Shown here one piece after another: positions 51,891-63,185 of a stretch of 64,000 nt of DNA. The DNA is from Glaucostegus cemiculus. Its lineage: Eukaryota. The translations under genes and the position numbers were made by a program. Below the pieces are notes generated by a model. The model did not search any database and was not told the DNA's origin. It saw only the letters and a program-made list of their open reading frames with translations. Location: positions 4,154,001 to 4,218,000 of the forward strand of contig CDPCPM010000052.1 in NCBI GenBank assembly GCA_976551045.1. Reading direction: 5' to 3'. The stretch's first letter is position 1, and each line of letters starts with the position of its first letter.

Positions 51891-52391
51891 TTACTAGCTA
51901 CAGAAACATTTTCTGTAAAAATAAGCAATTTTGAGGCACTAACAAAGAAAGGATTCCAAAATACTGAGATGAGCCATGATACAAAATTAGAAATGACTCA
52001 AAAGAGAGATTTGGAAAACATGTTTTGATGAATTGTTTGTAGGAGGAACAGCTAACAGAGAGTGAAAGCCAAAAAGGCATGGAGATTAGGTTGTAAATCT
52101 AGTCCACGAATCAGAATTGATCCTTTTAAGGTTTTTGAACCCTTATGACTGCATTTAAAAATCAATCATACGTATCTCATCAAATCATTAGCTGGGGTGG
52201 AATGCTGATGAGTGATTGGGGTGGTAGGTAGTTTCTTCAATCGTTAATGTTCTTTTTTTAAAAAAATTATGGAAAATAGTTACTGGTTATTTCACAATAC
52301 TTGCCCATGACCCATCAATTTCATCTGTTAAAAAAATAAGACTGTTCTTGGAACACAAAACTCTTATGATCTGCATAGCTTAGGACTGTAC

Positions 52392-52549
52392 CTCATTTTC
52401 AGACATCATCCCTGGTGTCATCTGTGAAGCAATGCCCAGTGAAATGACCAATACTTCTTCAGGCTGCACCTCCTGCAAGGTCTCTTGTATTGCATTTTCA
52501 TGTTCCAAGTGTTCCTTTGCTTCATTTGTCCGGGTTCTATTTCTTCCAG
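52392..52549 (-). CDS. GAPVD1: GAPVD1 exon (158 nt, 1/0): AGRNRTRTNEAKEHLEHENAIQETLQEVQPEEVLVISLGIASQMTPGMMSENE
   Basis: ttttgcag|CT, GAG|gtacag; conserved EVQPEEVLVISLG and PGMMSENE. Confidence 0.95.
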
Positions 52550-52849
52550 CTGCAAAACATCAACTTGCTTTTCAATTTTATTTCCTGGGTTGCAGACAGA
52601 TTTAATTGAAATAAATTCCATTGATAAACACCTCAATCTTGTGCACAAGGAAAAGCAAGCATGAAAACCCACTAGGTCAATACCATTGCAGATAGTTACT
52701 GACCTCATCCAAGTAAACTATAATACCATGATTGTTGGGCATAAGCCTAGTCATTGCAAGGACTGCAATAAGGTAAAGACCTTGCTCAGCTTTAGGTCCA
52801 GGGCAGCTAAGAACGAGCAATAAATTCCTTCATTAGCTGCAGCATAAAA

Positions 52850-53190
52850 ATAGACTGAAGTCTAAGATTGTAAAAGGGTTTGACGGGGTGGTTTTGAGGA
52901 TAATGTTTTCTTTAAATGGGAAAGATCAGAACCTTCCCATACCAGAACTGGATCATGAACACAAAGTGGTCACTTCTAAATTCAGCTGGACATTCAAGAG
53001 AAACCTCTTTACCCAAAACCTGATAGAATGCAGAAGTCACTACTATTATTTTTAGATAATGTAAATTATAGATACATTTAAAACCCAAAAGAATTATAGG
53101 ACAATAATGGAGCTAGTTTTGGCTGATGTGGAGAAAAAAAATAACAAAAGCTGTTGAGCTAAATGGTTGGTTTCTGTGCTGCAAATTGTG
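52850..53190 (+). mobile_element. Decayed CR1 3' end relic
   Basis: ctgaagtctaagattgtaaaagggtttgacggggtgg; ctgttgagctaaatggttggtttctgtgctg tail. Confidence 0.55.
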
Positions 53191-54147
53191 ATACATGCTC
53201 AGGTAAAGCCATCTGTTTGGTCACCTCTCTTAAAATAATTAAAATATTCCTTTACAATTTCTTTATTGTTATTTCAATAATGTGTAGATCAGTTAACTGT
53301 GTAAACACTTATAATCTGCAAACATTCAATGTAGTGGTAATTTCCGATTAAAAATAGAGATTGTTATTATGTGGTATTTCCTTCCACTACACAATTGAGT
53401 TAAAGCAACCCTGGTTTATTTTTAATGAACAAAGAAAAAGGTGGAGGTTATCACATTTGCAGGACAGTCTTTGAGCGATCATGAATGGAATGGAATCATG
53501 TTCAGCCGGTTTCTTCATTTCAACCTTTGATGCAGAGAGGATCACTGAGTTTACAAAAAGTAATAGCAAGGGTGGGGATAGTTAACCTGGACCAGAGATC
53601 TTCCTTTGTGTCAAGTATGACACCTGGGTTGCTTGCACCCCAAACCTCATGGACTTCAGTCTCACTGAGGCTCTTTGGTGTGAGATACACATTGCATTAA
53701 ACAATATTTAAATTATGGTTCAATAACCATCATTTGGAGTACCTTTTAATTTTAATGCTGCATATGAAATATTGAACATCACTTCACAGACTGAATCAAG
53801 TGTAAAATTTCTTGAAAGGAAAGAATTACTGGGCAAAGTTTGAAAATAAAGTTTACTAGATGAATGTCAAGAATCAACATCCAATATATTAAGTCTAATT
53901 CACTGTCAAATTGGATTACGACTGATGAAACAGACCATTGCTCTGTGCCCAGGAACTTAAACTGAGTTCTACTTCTGCTGTATTCAGAAAGCGGCCGGTA
54001 CATTCTCTATGCTGCAGCAGGCACAATTAAAAAGGAACTCTCAAACATTCATTTCAACAATTCTAACAGGGAAGTTTTAACCACTCTAGACTTGGTGGCA
54101 TAAATGTTGTATTTCCAGAACCTTCTATTTATGGAAGTGTTACCCAC

Positions 54148-54228
54148 CAAAAGGAGCTACAAGAGGAATGTGAGCAGTCAGATTTGTAGCTGAAGTATCC
54201 CAGGCAGTAATGGATGCTAATTGTTGTC
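54148..54228 (-). CDS. GAPVD1: GAPVD1 cassette-type exon (81 nt, 1/1): GQQLASITAWDTSATNLTAHIPLVAPF
   Basis: cccag|GA, TTTG|gtgggt; in frame and symmetric; closely resembles the GQQLAAITAWD...AHIPLVTPF insert recalled from some vertebrate GAPVD1 isoforms; not in the ORF track. Confidence 0.88.
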
Positions 54229-56564
54229 CTGGGTATGGGCAGCATTAAAGAAATGGAAACCAGATGCAGATTAATAACCCCATTAAAAATCAGAACAAGT
54301 TTTTCCCCCTTGCCCATACTTTCATGTTGCACATAAATACAAACTATAAATATTACAATTTATTTATAATACAGAAGGTTCTGAACATTCCCCAAACTGA
54401 GTACTTTCCCCAATCTTTGAAGGCTCAGCTACAACAACACACCAAACCAGTGTCAACCTCTAAGACCACATCAAAAAGGTAGAAAAGTAGTGTTATGGCT
54501 CTTTGTCCAGTCAAAGGAAAATATGGTTCATTTCAGGTGAATAAGATAGTATGCTGCAGCTAACAAACATAGAAGTCTGCACAGCAGTGATACTGATCAT
54601 GAGGCTCCAATTTGTGAATGATGGAATCAGGGAGCAACTTAGCATTCACAATAAGGTAAGGAATGTTATTCCATATGGACATTGCCATCAATAAGTTAAC
54701 GCAATTCTTACAAAAGTCAAAAGGACCAAATATACTTTATTTTTAAATACACTTCTATTTTTGTTAGGATCCATGTTATTTTAACTGTGATTCAGCTAAA
54801 AATTGCTTGCACTTATGCCATGGAATACATGTATTGAAGATTGGAAGAAAGGACATATAAGAAAGTGATTTGTTTCTCATACTTCAATAAATTAAAACTC
54901 GGTATTATGTCCTAATTGGATGAAATGTCCAAAGTTATATTCCACAGAATTGGAAGTGGATTGAAAACTTGGCAAAACAGATTATTAGTCAAAACCAATA
55001 TGAATTCTAAGTAAAGTTTTGTTTCAGCTGATACAATTCCCAAGACTTAATACCAATTGAACTTTAAAAAAATAAAAGACGTTAATTTCCTATAAGATGT
55101 ATTCATCAATGAAACAAAAAAGATTGATTATTGAACTGTGCTGATTTAGCTTAAATTAGCAGCATAACACTAATTTTCTCAGTCAGGCTGTGTAGCCACT
55201 CCCAATCACTAGCCACGAACTCTCACTGGAAATTAATTAAACAGCATTCTAATATGCCTGTTACTGAACCAGCAATCCAAAGTCCTGAATAACAAGTCCA
55301 CCAAACAAGAGTTCAGTCAAAATGTTTACTAGATTAAAGATAACAATCCTGCTTTAAGAATTTAATTGCTTTATATTAAAGCAACAAAAAAGTGAAGCAA
55401 TGATATTCAAGTTATTGTATTGGCATTCAAAACCTGATCTACAGGATTTCTATCGCCAGGTAAACTTCCCATCCTTAGTATAGTGTACATGTGAATCCAA
55501 CAGCATGCAAGTGCGATTGGTACTTCAACTGCTCTCCAATATAGTAATGAATCTGGTGCAATAAATGGTGATCTTGTCAGTGTCCTACAGATCGGTAGAA
55601 TGATTATTTGATGAAGTAAAATCAGGCTCAGCTGTGCAGACCATAAAGGAATGTGAACACTCACCGTCTTAGCTGATGCATAATAACCACTTGGATGAGG
55701 AGCTGGATAGCTTTCATGGCAACTCTTGTAAAATAAAAAGTCCCTTTAACCTAGAAAGGCAAGACAACTTACCTGGAGAGGGAGGTGGGGTGGGTTTGGA
55801 ATTAGATTGTGTATTAAGGGTAATTTAAGGATAATTAACTATTGTTTCAATAAATTGAAAGAAATATTGCAGCCAAAGTACATAAATTTGCTTGCCTCAA
55901 ACATCTTAGGATTCTTGAGCTAATATGTATTAACAAGCAAAAGTAATGTATTTCTGTACAGTCAAAGCATCACAAATACTTCTTAGCTTAGGTCAAACTG
56001 CTCTCCGGCCTTATTGGTAAATCACCCACATTAGGAAGAGTGAATGAAAACAAAGTTGTTTACATACATATTGGTTACGCAAAGCAAGGATCTAGCAACC
56101 TATGATGAACATTGTTACACAGTGATTGCAAGAACCTTGTGCCAACGGGTTTCATTTTAATTGCAAAGATGTAATCAGAAGTGGGAGTTATTTGTACAAG
56201 TGGGTAAATAACACAGTATCAAGTATAACAAGAGTTGTAGACCCACTTCCAGAGAGTGAAAAAGGAATTGCATTAACAATACATAGTTGAACTGTCACAT
56301 GAACTTCGATAACTAGATGCATTAGTCTCAGGAACTCACGAAGAACACAAAAGTTCCTTGCAGTTTAGCTCTTATTCACAAAAATTAAATATTCTACAAA
56401 ATCCTAGAGAAACAATGATTCAAACTACAGTAAAAATATAAATAATCAGAAGATTTAATTCACTTTTCATTTTAACTTAAGTTTTAAAATTGTTTTTCTC
56501 CCCCCCCCCCCAAAATTACTGCTGCACCCCAGTAAGAATTAACTAAAGCAGCTGCGTATCCTAC

Positions 56565-56757
56565 CTATTTGCAGTCGATTTTTTTTATTGGCTGGAGTAG
56601 TCGCAGGAGACAACTGGGGTGTACTGGAGGGAGTCAGCTCAAGACTATTGCTCTTCCCTGTTCTGTGATGTGGAACATTTATGATAAGATTCTCCAGAGC
56701 CATTCTGTCCTCTTCTCTCAGCAACTCCCCTGGCATTACATGCCTTGCAAAAGTAAC
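56565..56757 (-). CDS. GAPVD1: GAPVD1 exon (193 nt, 0/1): VTFARHVMPGELLREEDRMALENL...TPQLSPATTPANKKNRLQI
   Basis: catag|GTT, ATAG|gtagga; overlaps ORF 56539..56736; conserved TPQLSPATTPANKKNRL. Confidence 0.95.
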
Positions 56758-58508
56758 CTATGTACAAATTAAAAATGCACAGCTTAATTTTAGTCAATGA
56801 AAATTAATGCAACTGCAAACCCTTATAGGATTCTCCAGTTAAAAGAAACTTCAGTATGAACTTTGTGAAAAGTTTGCAAGCAAGATTATATTTTTCTTAG
56901 CTTTTCACCACCAGACTACTTATTTTGTTTTATGTTTCTTATGCCACATTGGCTTCTAACTCAAGATAACACAGTTTATCCCCATTCCTGCCAATCTTGT
57001 ATGTCAACAGGATAAGTGCAGAAACAAGTCCCATTACCAAAGCCTTCCAATGCCAGCCTCCAGAAGAGAGTATTTTTTCCAAAGCATCATTCCAAATGTG
57101 GTCAAATAAAACAAAGGCAGGTATGAATAAAATGTCACACCTGAATATTAGCAGATATTGCTCCAAAATTCTGAAAATATTTTTAAAGTATTTTATCTGT
57201 GCAATTACTGTTGACTCAATTGCCATTTCTTTATGCTTTGAAAGTGCTAGCAGTCTCATTTGAACTTCAGAATTATACAAAATACATTGCTTGCATTGTC
57301 CACCTAATCCATGCCAACTTTTACAACCAACATGATTATCTTCCAACCCCTTCAACAAATCCTTGTATTCTTTTTCCCCTTCTTCCACAACCCAGCAAGT
57401 ATGCAGACATACATTATAAAAGTTCTAAATTTAAAGTCACCCTTCAGAGGCTGATGATTGCAACTTCATTTAACTGCTTTGCTCAGCTCCACAGTGATGT
57501 CTGCAGGCAGTGTTGACTATGGCTGCCTGCCAATACAATTCTGAATTTCATCACATATTTGACTGTATAAATAAAATGTGTCATCTATGCAGACTATAGG
57601 AATGCCGGGAAGCCAGATTAAATCCACACCTGCCCCTTCCTACATTCAAATTGTTGCAAACGAACAAAATAAAATGTAGGGGGATACAAATCCACATGGA
57701 GCAGCAGTGGGCTGAAATCATGATAGTTGAAAAGGAATTGGGCCACAGGTGAACAAAGCCACAGAGGTACTGGTATTATGGTTTTGCTGGTGCAATAAAA
57801 ATCTACATCCATAAATGAACAGTTTTCTAATTAATACCAAATAGGAGTAAGAGGTTTTGTATTAGTGAGCACAGTAAACTACACAGGTGCACACCAAAAA
57901 TGCTTTCAGCTATGTGCCCTTTTGTTCCGTAACAGGTCATCTACTGTTACAATGTCTTTGGCAAGGAATGAAAGCATTGGAAGATACACGGCAGGGTAAA
58001 ATTCCTAATGACCAATAGCAAGCAAGTCTGTTGGAAAATTGGAAAATATACGCATCTACCTGTCATCTAAAAGAATGAATCCAAGTGTGAATGGTATAAG
58101 GAAAACAAAAATACAGGAAAAAGGGAACATAGCCCAAAGCAAAGGTGAAAACAAACTGTGCAATTCTGAATACAACTGGTACAAAACTTCCACAGGTCCA
58201 TTCATAGAGAAAAAAATTTCTTGCATAATATAACATCAAAATACAGTTCTTTGAAAGGTGAAAAATGCCTCAGTTAATTCAGGTGGTGCCTTTTAGTTAT
58301 ACATGCAGCACAGATGAAATAAACATGGTTGGGAAAACTGCAAAATCTAGTTTTTCCAAAAGATTACATATGTTACAAATCTACATACTACCAGACTGCC
58401 ATCGTGAAATCTGTCATCTTGTCATACATCTTGTTAAAGGTGAATTACAACTTTTGCCCACAATATTGGCCACATACAAAAGAAAATAAGTAAAAGACAT
58501 GAGCTTAC

Positions 58509-58643
58509 CAAGTTCAAAAGTTGACTGTGTGTCATGTAGACCACAGTTCTGCTAAGTCCTTCCAGTAAATTCACTGAGGACATGGGAGGAGTTTCCACAG
58601 TACGGCCTCCAATAATGACATCCAAGAAAGCTGCAACACAACT
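58509..58643 (-). CDS. GAPVD1: GAPVD1 exon (135 nt, 0/0): SCVAAFLDVIIGGRTVETPPMSSVNLLEGLSRTVVYMTHSQLLNL
   Basis: ttttacag|AGT, TTG|gtaagc; overlaps ORF 58434..58625. Confidence 0.96.
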
Positions 58644-60017
58644 CTGTAAAAGGCAAATCAGAATACTTCAATACTCTTGGAGATCTAAAGCAAATTACAT
58701 TCTCCAGCAATGAACAATCTGCATGTTTTACTGTTGGCACATTTGCATGAATGCCATTTTGCTGTTTTATACCATGCTGCAACATTAACAGTCCAGTGGC
58801 TGCTGAGCAGAACTTGAGATTTTCCAGCAATTAACAACTGTCACATAGGACAAGGTTGTTCTGTAGTTCCCTTTTAAAGCTTTCTTGTGATTACCTTTAA
58901 GTGACTGCTGGGAGCTAGCTTAAATGAGTCTTATGTGGGATTCAATTCTACAAACTGTTTGAACAGCTTCCTTTACCAAGTAAAAGATTTGGAACATTGA
59001 CTAAAAAGTGAAACGACAAGATACTGACTTTAAGCACTTTAACAGTAAAGCAGTTCTTTCCCTCTGCTTTGATCAGTCCTTTTGGGGAAAATCCCTCACA
59101 CAGCTCTGGAAGTTGTGGTGCTGTATTTCCATCCCACGATATGAAATATTAAAATGACATCTGTCCTCTACCAGTTTGTTTAATAATTTGTTCTCGTCTT
59201 CCATGTTTCAATCAGATAAAATCTTGTGACTAAAGCTGGTTCTGCCTCCTCAAGGAGATATTCTTTTGGATTAACAAAGTTGCTAGTTATAATAGTGATT
59301 TCATTTTGGCTTGCATAATTTTAATTGTGGTAGATATGGTCATAGTTTTACTTTGGTGGGGAAGGATGATTACCCCAGCTACATTATGCCAATTTCTCAG
59401 AGTGCCTTATTTGATATAGCTACAATATCCTGGGTAAAGCCTCATGCATAACTAGCTTCCAGGATTCTATCTATGCTGCTCCAAGAACTTTTTTCAATTT
59501 GATTTGATTTGCCTCATTCTCTGGAGAATGCACTACTTTGCAATTCATCTGGGCAGGTGCCAACAAAAAAATGAATTTATGTTCCCCAAGCTCACAACTA
59601 TTAAGAACTAAAATTAGATTTTAACAAATTAATTTCATATACAAGAAAGCCTTTCACCTCATCAGTCTTGGCTGGGCTTGATCCTAGGCCAGTGAAGTAG
59701 AATATCACTGTCCAAAATATAGTATTCTAATTCATTGACAGTATTATCTGACTAGGGGAAAAGTGGAAAAAAAATTACAGATAAAAGTTGCTGGAACTAC
59801 AATAGATTTTAAAGATTCAGAGTTAAGAGATGGGTCTCAGAATACAAGCACATTTGCTGTCTGTCATTTGCACCTTAACTTTACCAGTGGTAATTATTAG
59901 TAGTAGGAACAGTCTGCTCAAGGAACACAATCAATTAAAGAATTGGATATGGTCACGCACAGGTAACTTAACAAAAGATCTTTTCTTTTGGGATTGCTGG
60001 TAGCATCTTCTCACTAA

Positions 60018-60800
60018 GATGGAATTGGTCCATTTTGGTAAGTCGAATATGTTGGCGGAATATAGTATTAATGGTAGGACTCTTGGCAGTGTGGAGGATC
60101 AGAGGGATCTTGGGGTCAGAGTCCATAGGACGCTCAAGGCGGCTGCACAGGTTGACTCTGTGATTAAGGCGGCATATGGTGTATTGTCCTTCATCAGTCG
60201 CGGGATTGAATTTAGGAGCCGAGAGGTATTGCTTCAGTTATATAGGTCCCTGGTCAGACCCCACTTGCAGTATTGTGCTCAGTTCTGGTTGCCTCACTAC
60301 AGGAAAGATGTGGAAGCCATAGAGAGGGTGCAGAGGAGGTTTACGAGGACGCTGCCTGGAATGCGGGGCATGCCTTATGAGAGCAGGATGCGGGAACTCA
60401 GCCTTTTCTCTTTGGAGAGGAGGAGGATGAGGGGGGACCTGATAGAGGTATATAAGATGAGAGGTATTGATCGGGTAGATAGTCAAGAGGCTTTTCCCCA
60501 GGGCTGAAATGGTGGCCACAAGAGGACATAGGTTTAAGGTGCTGGGGAGTAGATATAGAGATGTCGGGGTAAGTTTTTTTTTTACTCAGAGAGTGGTGTG
60601 TGTGTGGAATGGGCTGCCGGAAGCAGTGGTGGAGGCAGATACGGTAGGGTCTTTCAAGAGACTGTTAGATAGGTACATGGAGCTAAGTAAAATAGAGGGC
60701 TATGGTAAGCCTAGTAATTTCTAGTATAGGGACATGTTCGGCACAGCTTTGTGGGCAGAAGGGCCTGAACTGTGCTGTAGTTTTTCTATGTTATATGTTC
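60018..60800 (+). mobile_element. Young CR1 LINE, 5'-truncated
   Basis: ORF 60019..60507 (LYRSLVRPHLQYCAQFWLPHYRKD...RGDLIEVYKM) and 60509..60724; tail gggcagaagggcctgaactgtgctgtagtttttctatgttatatgttc. Confidence 0.95.
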
Positions 60801-61445
60801 AATACCCAAATCTGCACTCAACAAATTCTAATTGAGTAAATGAGGGGATCTCTAAGATTCTTATGCATATATTAGGACTTGAAATTTGCTAAGAAGTTGA
60901 GTTAATTATCTGCAATGCTCATTTAAAATAGTAGTAACTGCCCTATAATAATGCAAACAAAATCTGGTAAATGTGATCAGAAACATAAGTGTTAAATTGG
61001 CAACTAAATAAAATGCTCATGACATGGCAAGGTAATTTTCTTGCTCTGGCACAGCTAATTGAAATTGCAAACTTTTTCCCTACTTTGGTGATTAATGCTG
61101 TCCATCTCTGCACTAGCTTCAACTTGTATCCTCAATTCCACATTGTCTTGCCTTCCCTGCCTCATTGCCACCAAGATCTAGTGCTTCCTATCTTGGCTCT
61201 CAAGACTTTTCTTCCTTATTGATTACTTATCAAAAACCTTTAACTAGTTCCAAAAATAATTATGGAAAACATTGCCATTAAGTCTTAGTAAGCACTCCAT
61301 ATCACACAAGGTGCTATGTTACTTTGCATATATAATTTTCAATACCTGTCAAAAATGTTGCTTGCTCAAATACATTTTTACAGGCATCAAGTATTTCTAA
61401 GATTATAAAAGACGTCCCACCTGCTCTTATCAAAACTGTCTCCAA

Positions 61446-61793
61446 GATGTACAAGATGATTAGAGATATGGATAGGGTAGAAAGTCAGAGGCTTTTCCCC
61501 AGGGCCGAAATGGTGGCCACAAGAGGACATAGGTTTAAGGTGCTGGGGGGAAGATATAGGGGGGATGTTAGGGGTAATTTTTTTACTCAGAGACTGGTGA
61601 GTGCATGGAATAGGCTGCTGGAGGTGGTGGTGGAGGCGAATATGTTAGGGTCTTTCAAGAGACTGTTGGATAGGTACATGGAGTTAAATAAGATAGAAGG
61701 CTATGGGTAAGCCTAATAGTGTGGGGACATGTTCGGCACAGCTTTGTGGGCCGAAGGGTATGAATTGTGCTGTAGGTATCTATGTTCTATGTC
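61446..61793 (+). mobile_element. Young CR1 LINE 3' end, same subfamily as 60018-60800
   Basis: ORF 61447..61710 is nearly identical to 60450-60710; same 3' tail ending tatctatgttctatgt. Confidence 0.93.
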
Positions 61794-62158
61794 CACCCAA
61801 ATGCAGTAAATATTTCACTGGTGTACATTATCACCAAACATAACAAACTGAAATGATTCAGCATCTTTCCAGCTCACTCATGGACAGTCACCACAGAGAT
61901 CACAATGAATGGAAAAAAAAAGTACTCCATTACTTAAAACCTCTGAAATCAAAATACACAATTCCCTGTTCTTTCAGCTATTAAATGTATACAATACTTT
62001 ATTTACAAGGCAGAAAAATGAAACACTTTAGGTAAATAAATCAAAACTTGATCTTGAACCACTCAGTTCAGCTTCCTTCTAAGTTTTACAATGTGTTAAA
62101 ATCACTCCTATCTTGCAACTTTTACCCATTAAATCTCAGTACCATTCTGATAGCTTAC

Positions 62159-62245
62159 TTTATCAAATTTGCAAAGGCTGTTCTTTAGTCGTGGATCTGC
62201 TTCCTCGCTTCCCGTCATTGCTAACTGCTGTAAGAGTTGGCCCAC
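62159..62245 (-). CDS. GAPVD1: GAPVD1 exon (87 nt, phase 0/0): VGQLLQQLAMTGSEEADPRLKNSLCKFDK
   Basis: tttag|GTG acceptor, AAA|gtaagc donor; peptide matches the C-terminal end of the RasGAP region. Confidence 0.95.
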
Positions 62246-63094
62246 CTAAAACAAAAAAAAAATCAGAAATTTTGCATGCTTCAGACACAAAACTATCTTC
62301 AACTTATTTCCATGCACGTTCAATGGAAGCTATTACATTTCGCAATGACAAAGTACAAAGAAATCAACATTGTTGTTTTGGAGGAGTTTATTCACAAGCA
62401 GTAGTCCCAATGGCAATTCAGCTTCCATAGCAAGGATATCAATAACCAGCACAGCACATATTGAAAGATGTTGTAAAATGATTAGTGGAAAAGTTAAACA
62501 GAATTTTGTTTCCCCCATCCATTGAGTGGTCGCTACCTGGAACTCATTCCCAGAAAGAACAGTGGAGGCAGAAACCCTGACTGGATCTAATAGGCTGTAG
62601 TCCAAGAACCATATGGATTAAATGTGATAGTTATTCTTTTGCCTTGGTTATCATGGATATGGTAGGCCAAAGGACCCCTTTCTGTACCATTAATTTCCAA
62701 GATTCTTTATTTCTATCCATCAATCATAGAGCTACCCTTTCTTAAAGGTGGATATGGTTTCTAATCATCTATTCACACCCTAGCGAGTTGTGAATCTCAA
62801 AAATCTTTTAGCCAAGAGGCAGCGCAGCCTCAACTGCTGTATAATCAAGACAGAAGTTAGTAAATTTGTACCTATTAAGGTGACCAGAGGATGAGCAGGC
62901 ACAAAGGGCCGAGTGGTCTCACCTTATTTCTGCTCATATTCAATAATCTTAGTTTTTTTTCCCCCCATTTATAAAAAAAAATCCACACCTGCCGAGTGTC
63001 CTTAATCTCTTCCATTCCTTCAGTCACTGGGCAGACTGGTGTTTTTCAGAATCTTAGAAACACCCTTAAAAATCCCAAATTAACAAAACTATAC

Positions 63095-63185
63095 TAAAAA
63101 TTTAAAAAATCCTCTCAGCTAGTCAGGTAGTATCTATAGACAGAAAAACCAAAGATTCTACGCTCAAGGTCTTTTCATTAGAATA
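63095..63185 (-). mobile_element. Very decayed Penelope-like terminus
   Basis: ctcagctagtcaggtagtatctatagacaga...ggtcttttcattagaa. Confidence 0.4.

Larger units (their letters stand above)
6934..62245 (-). other. GAPVD1: GAPVD1 gene span (partial, 5' end outside window): GTPase-activating protein and VPS9 domain-containing protein 1
   Basis: 24 manually spliced exons translate to a continuous ORF matching vertebrate GAPVD1 as recalled, from VGQLLQQLAMTG (end of RasGAP region) to the C-terminus WWMQFTAAVEFIKTIDDRK*. All introns are GT-AG with compatible phases. Confidence 0.97.

Noticed and set aside
52205-52250. CTGATGAG-TGATTG...CAATCG possible hammerhead or C/D box
   Set aside because: The stem is followed by TTAA instead of GAAA; no D box or terminal stem; it lies antisense to the host gene.
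53440-53700. Non-repetitive intronic block examined as a possible snoRNA
   Set aside because: No convincing C/D (RUGAUGA...CUGA with terminal stem) or H/ACA layout on the host-gene strand by eye.
53922-53990. CTGATGA followed by an ACAGA/TCTGT stem, resembling a hammerhead ribozyme
   Set aside because: No GAAA box directly after the stem and no stem I or III pairing; not part of the Penelope-like repeat.
55407-55664. ORF starting VSVHIPLW, superficially like the AHIPLV cassette peptide
   Set aside because: The true homologous exon is at 54148-54228; this match begins at a GTGAGT donor and is in intron sequence.
56939-57388. 149-aa minus-strand intronic ORF
   Set aside because: No similarity to GAPVD1 or any family I recognise, and the flanking exons (58509 and 56757) already join in frame.
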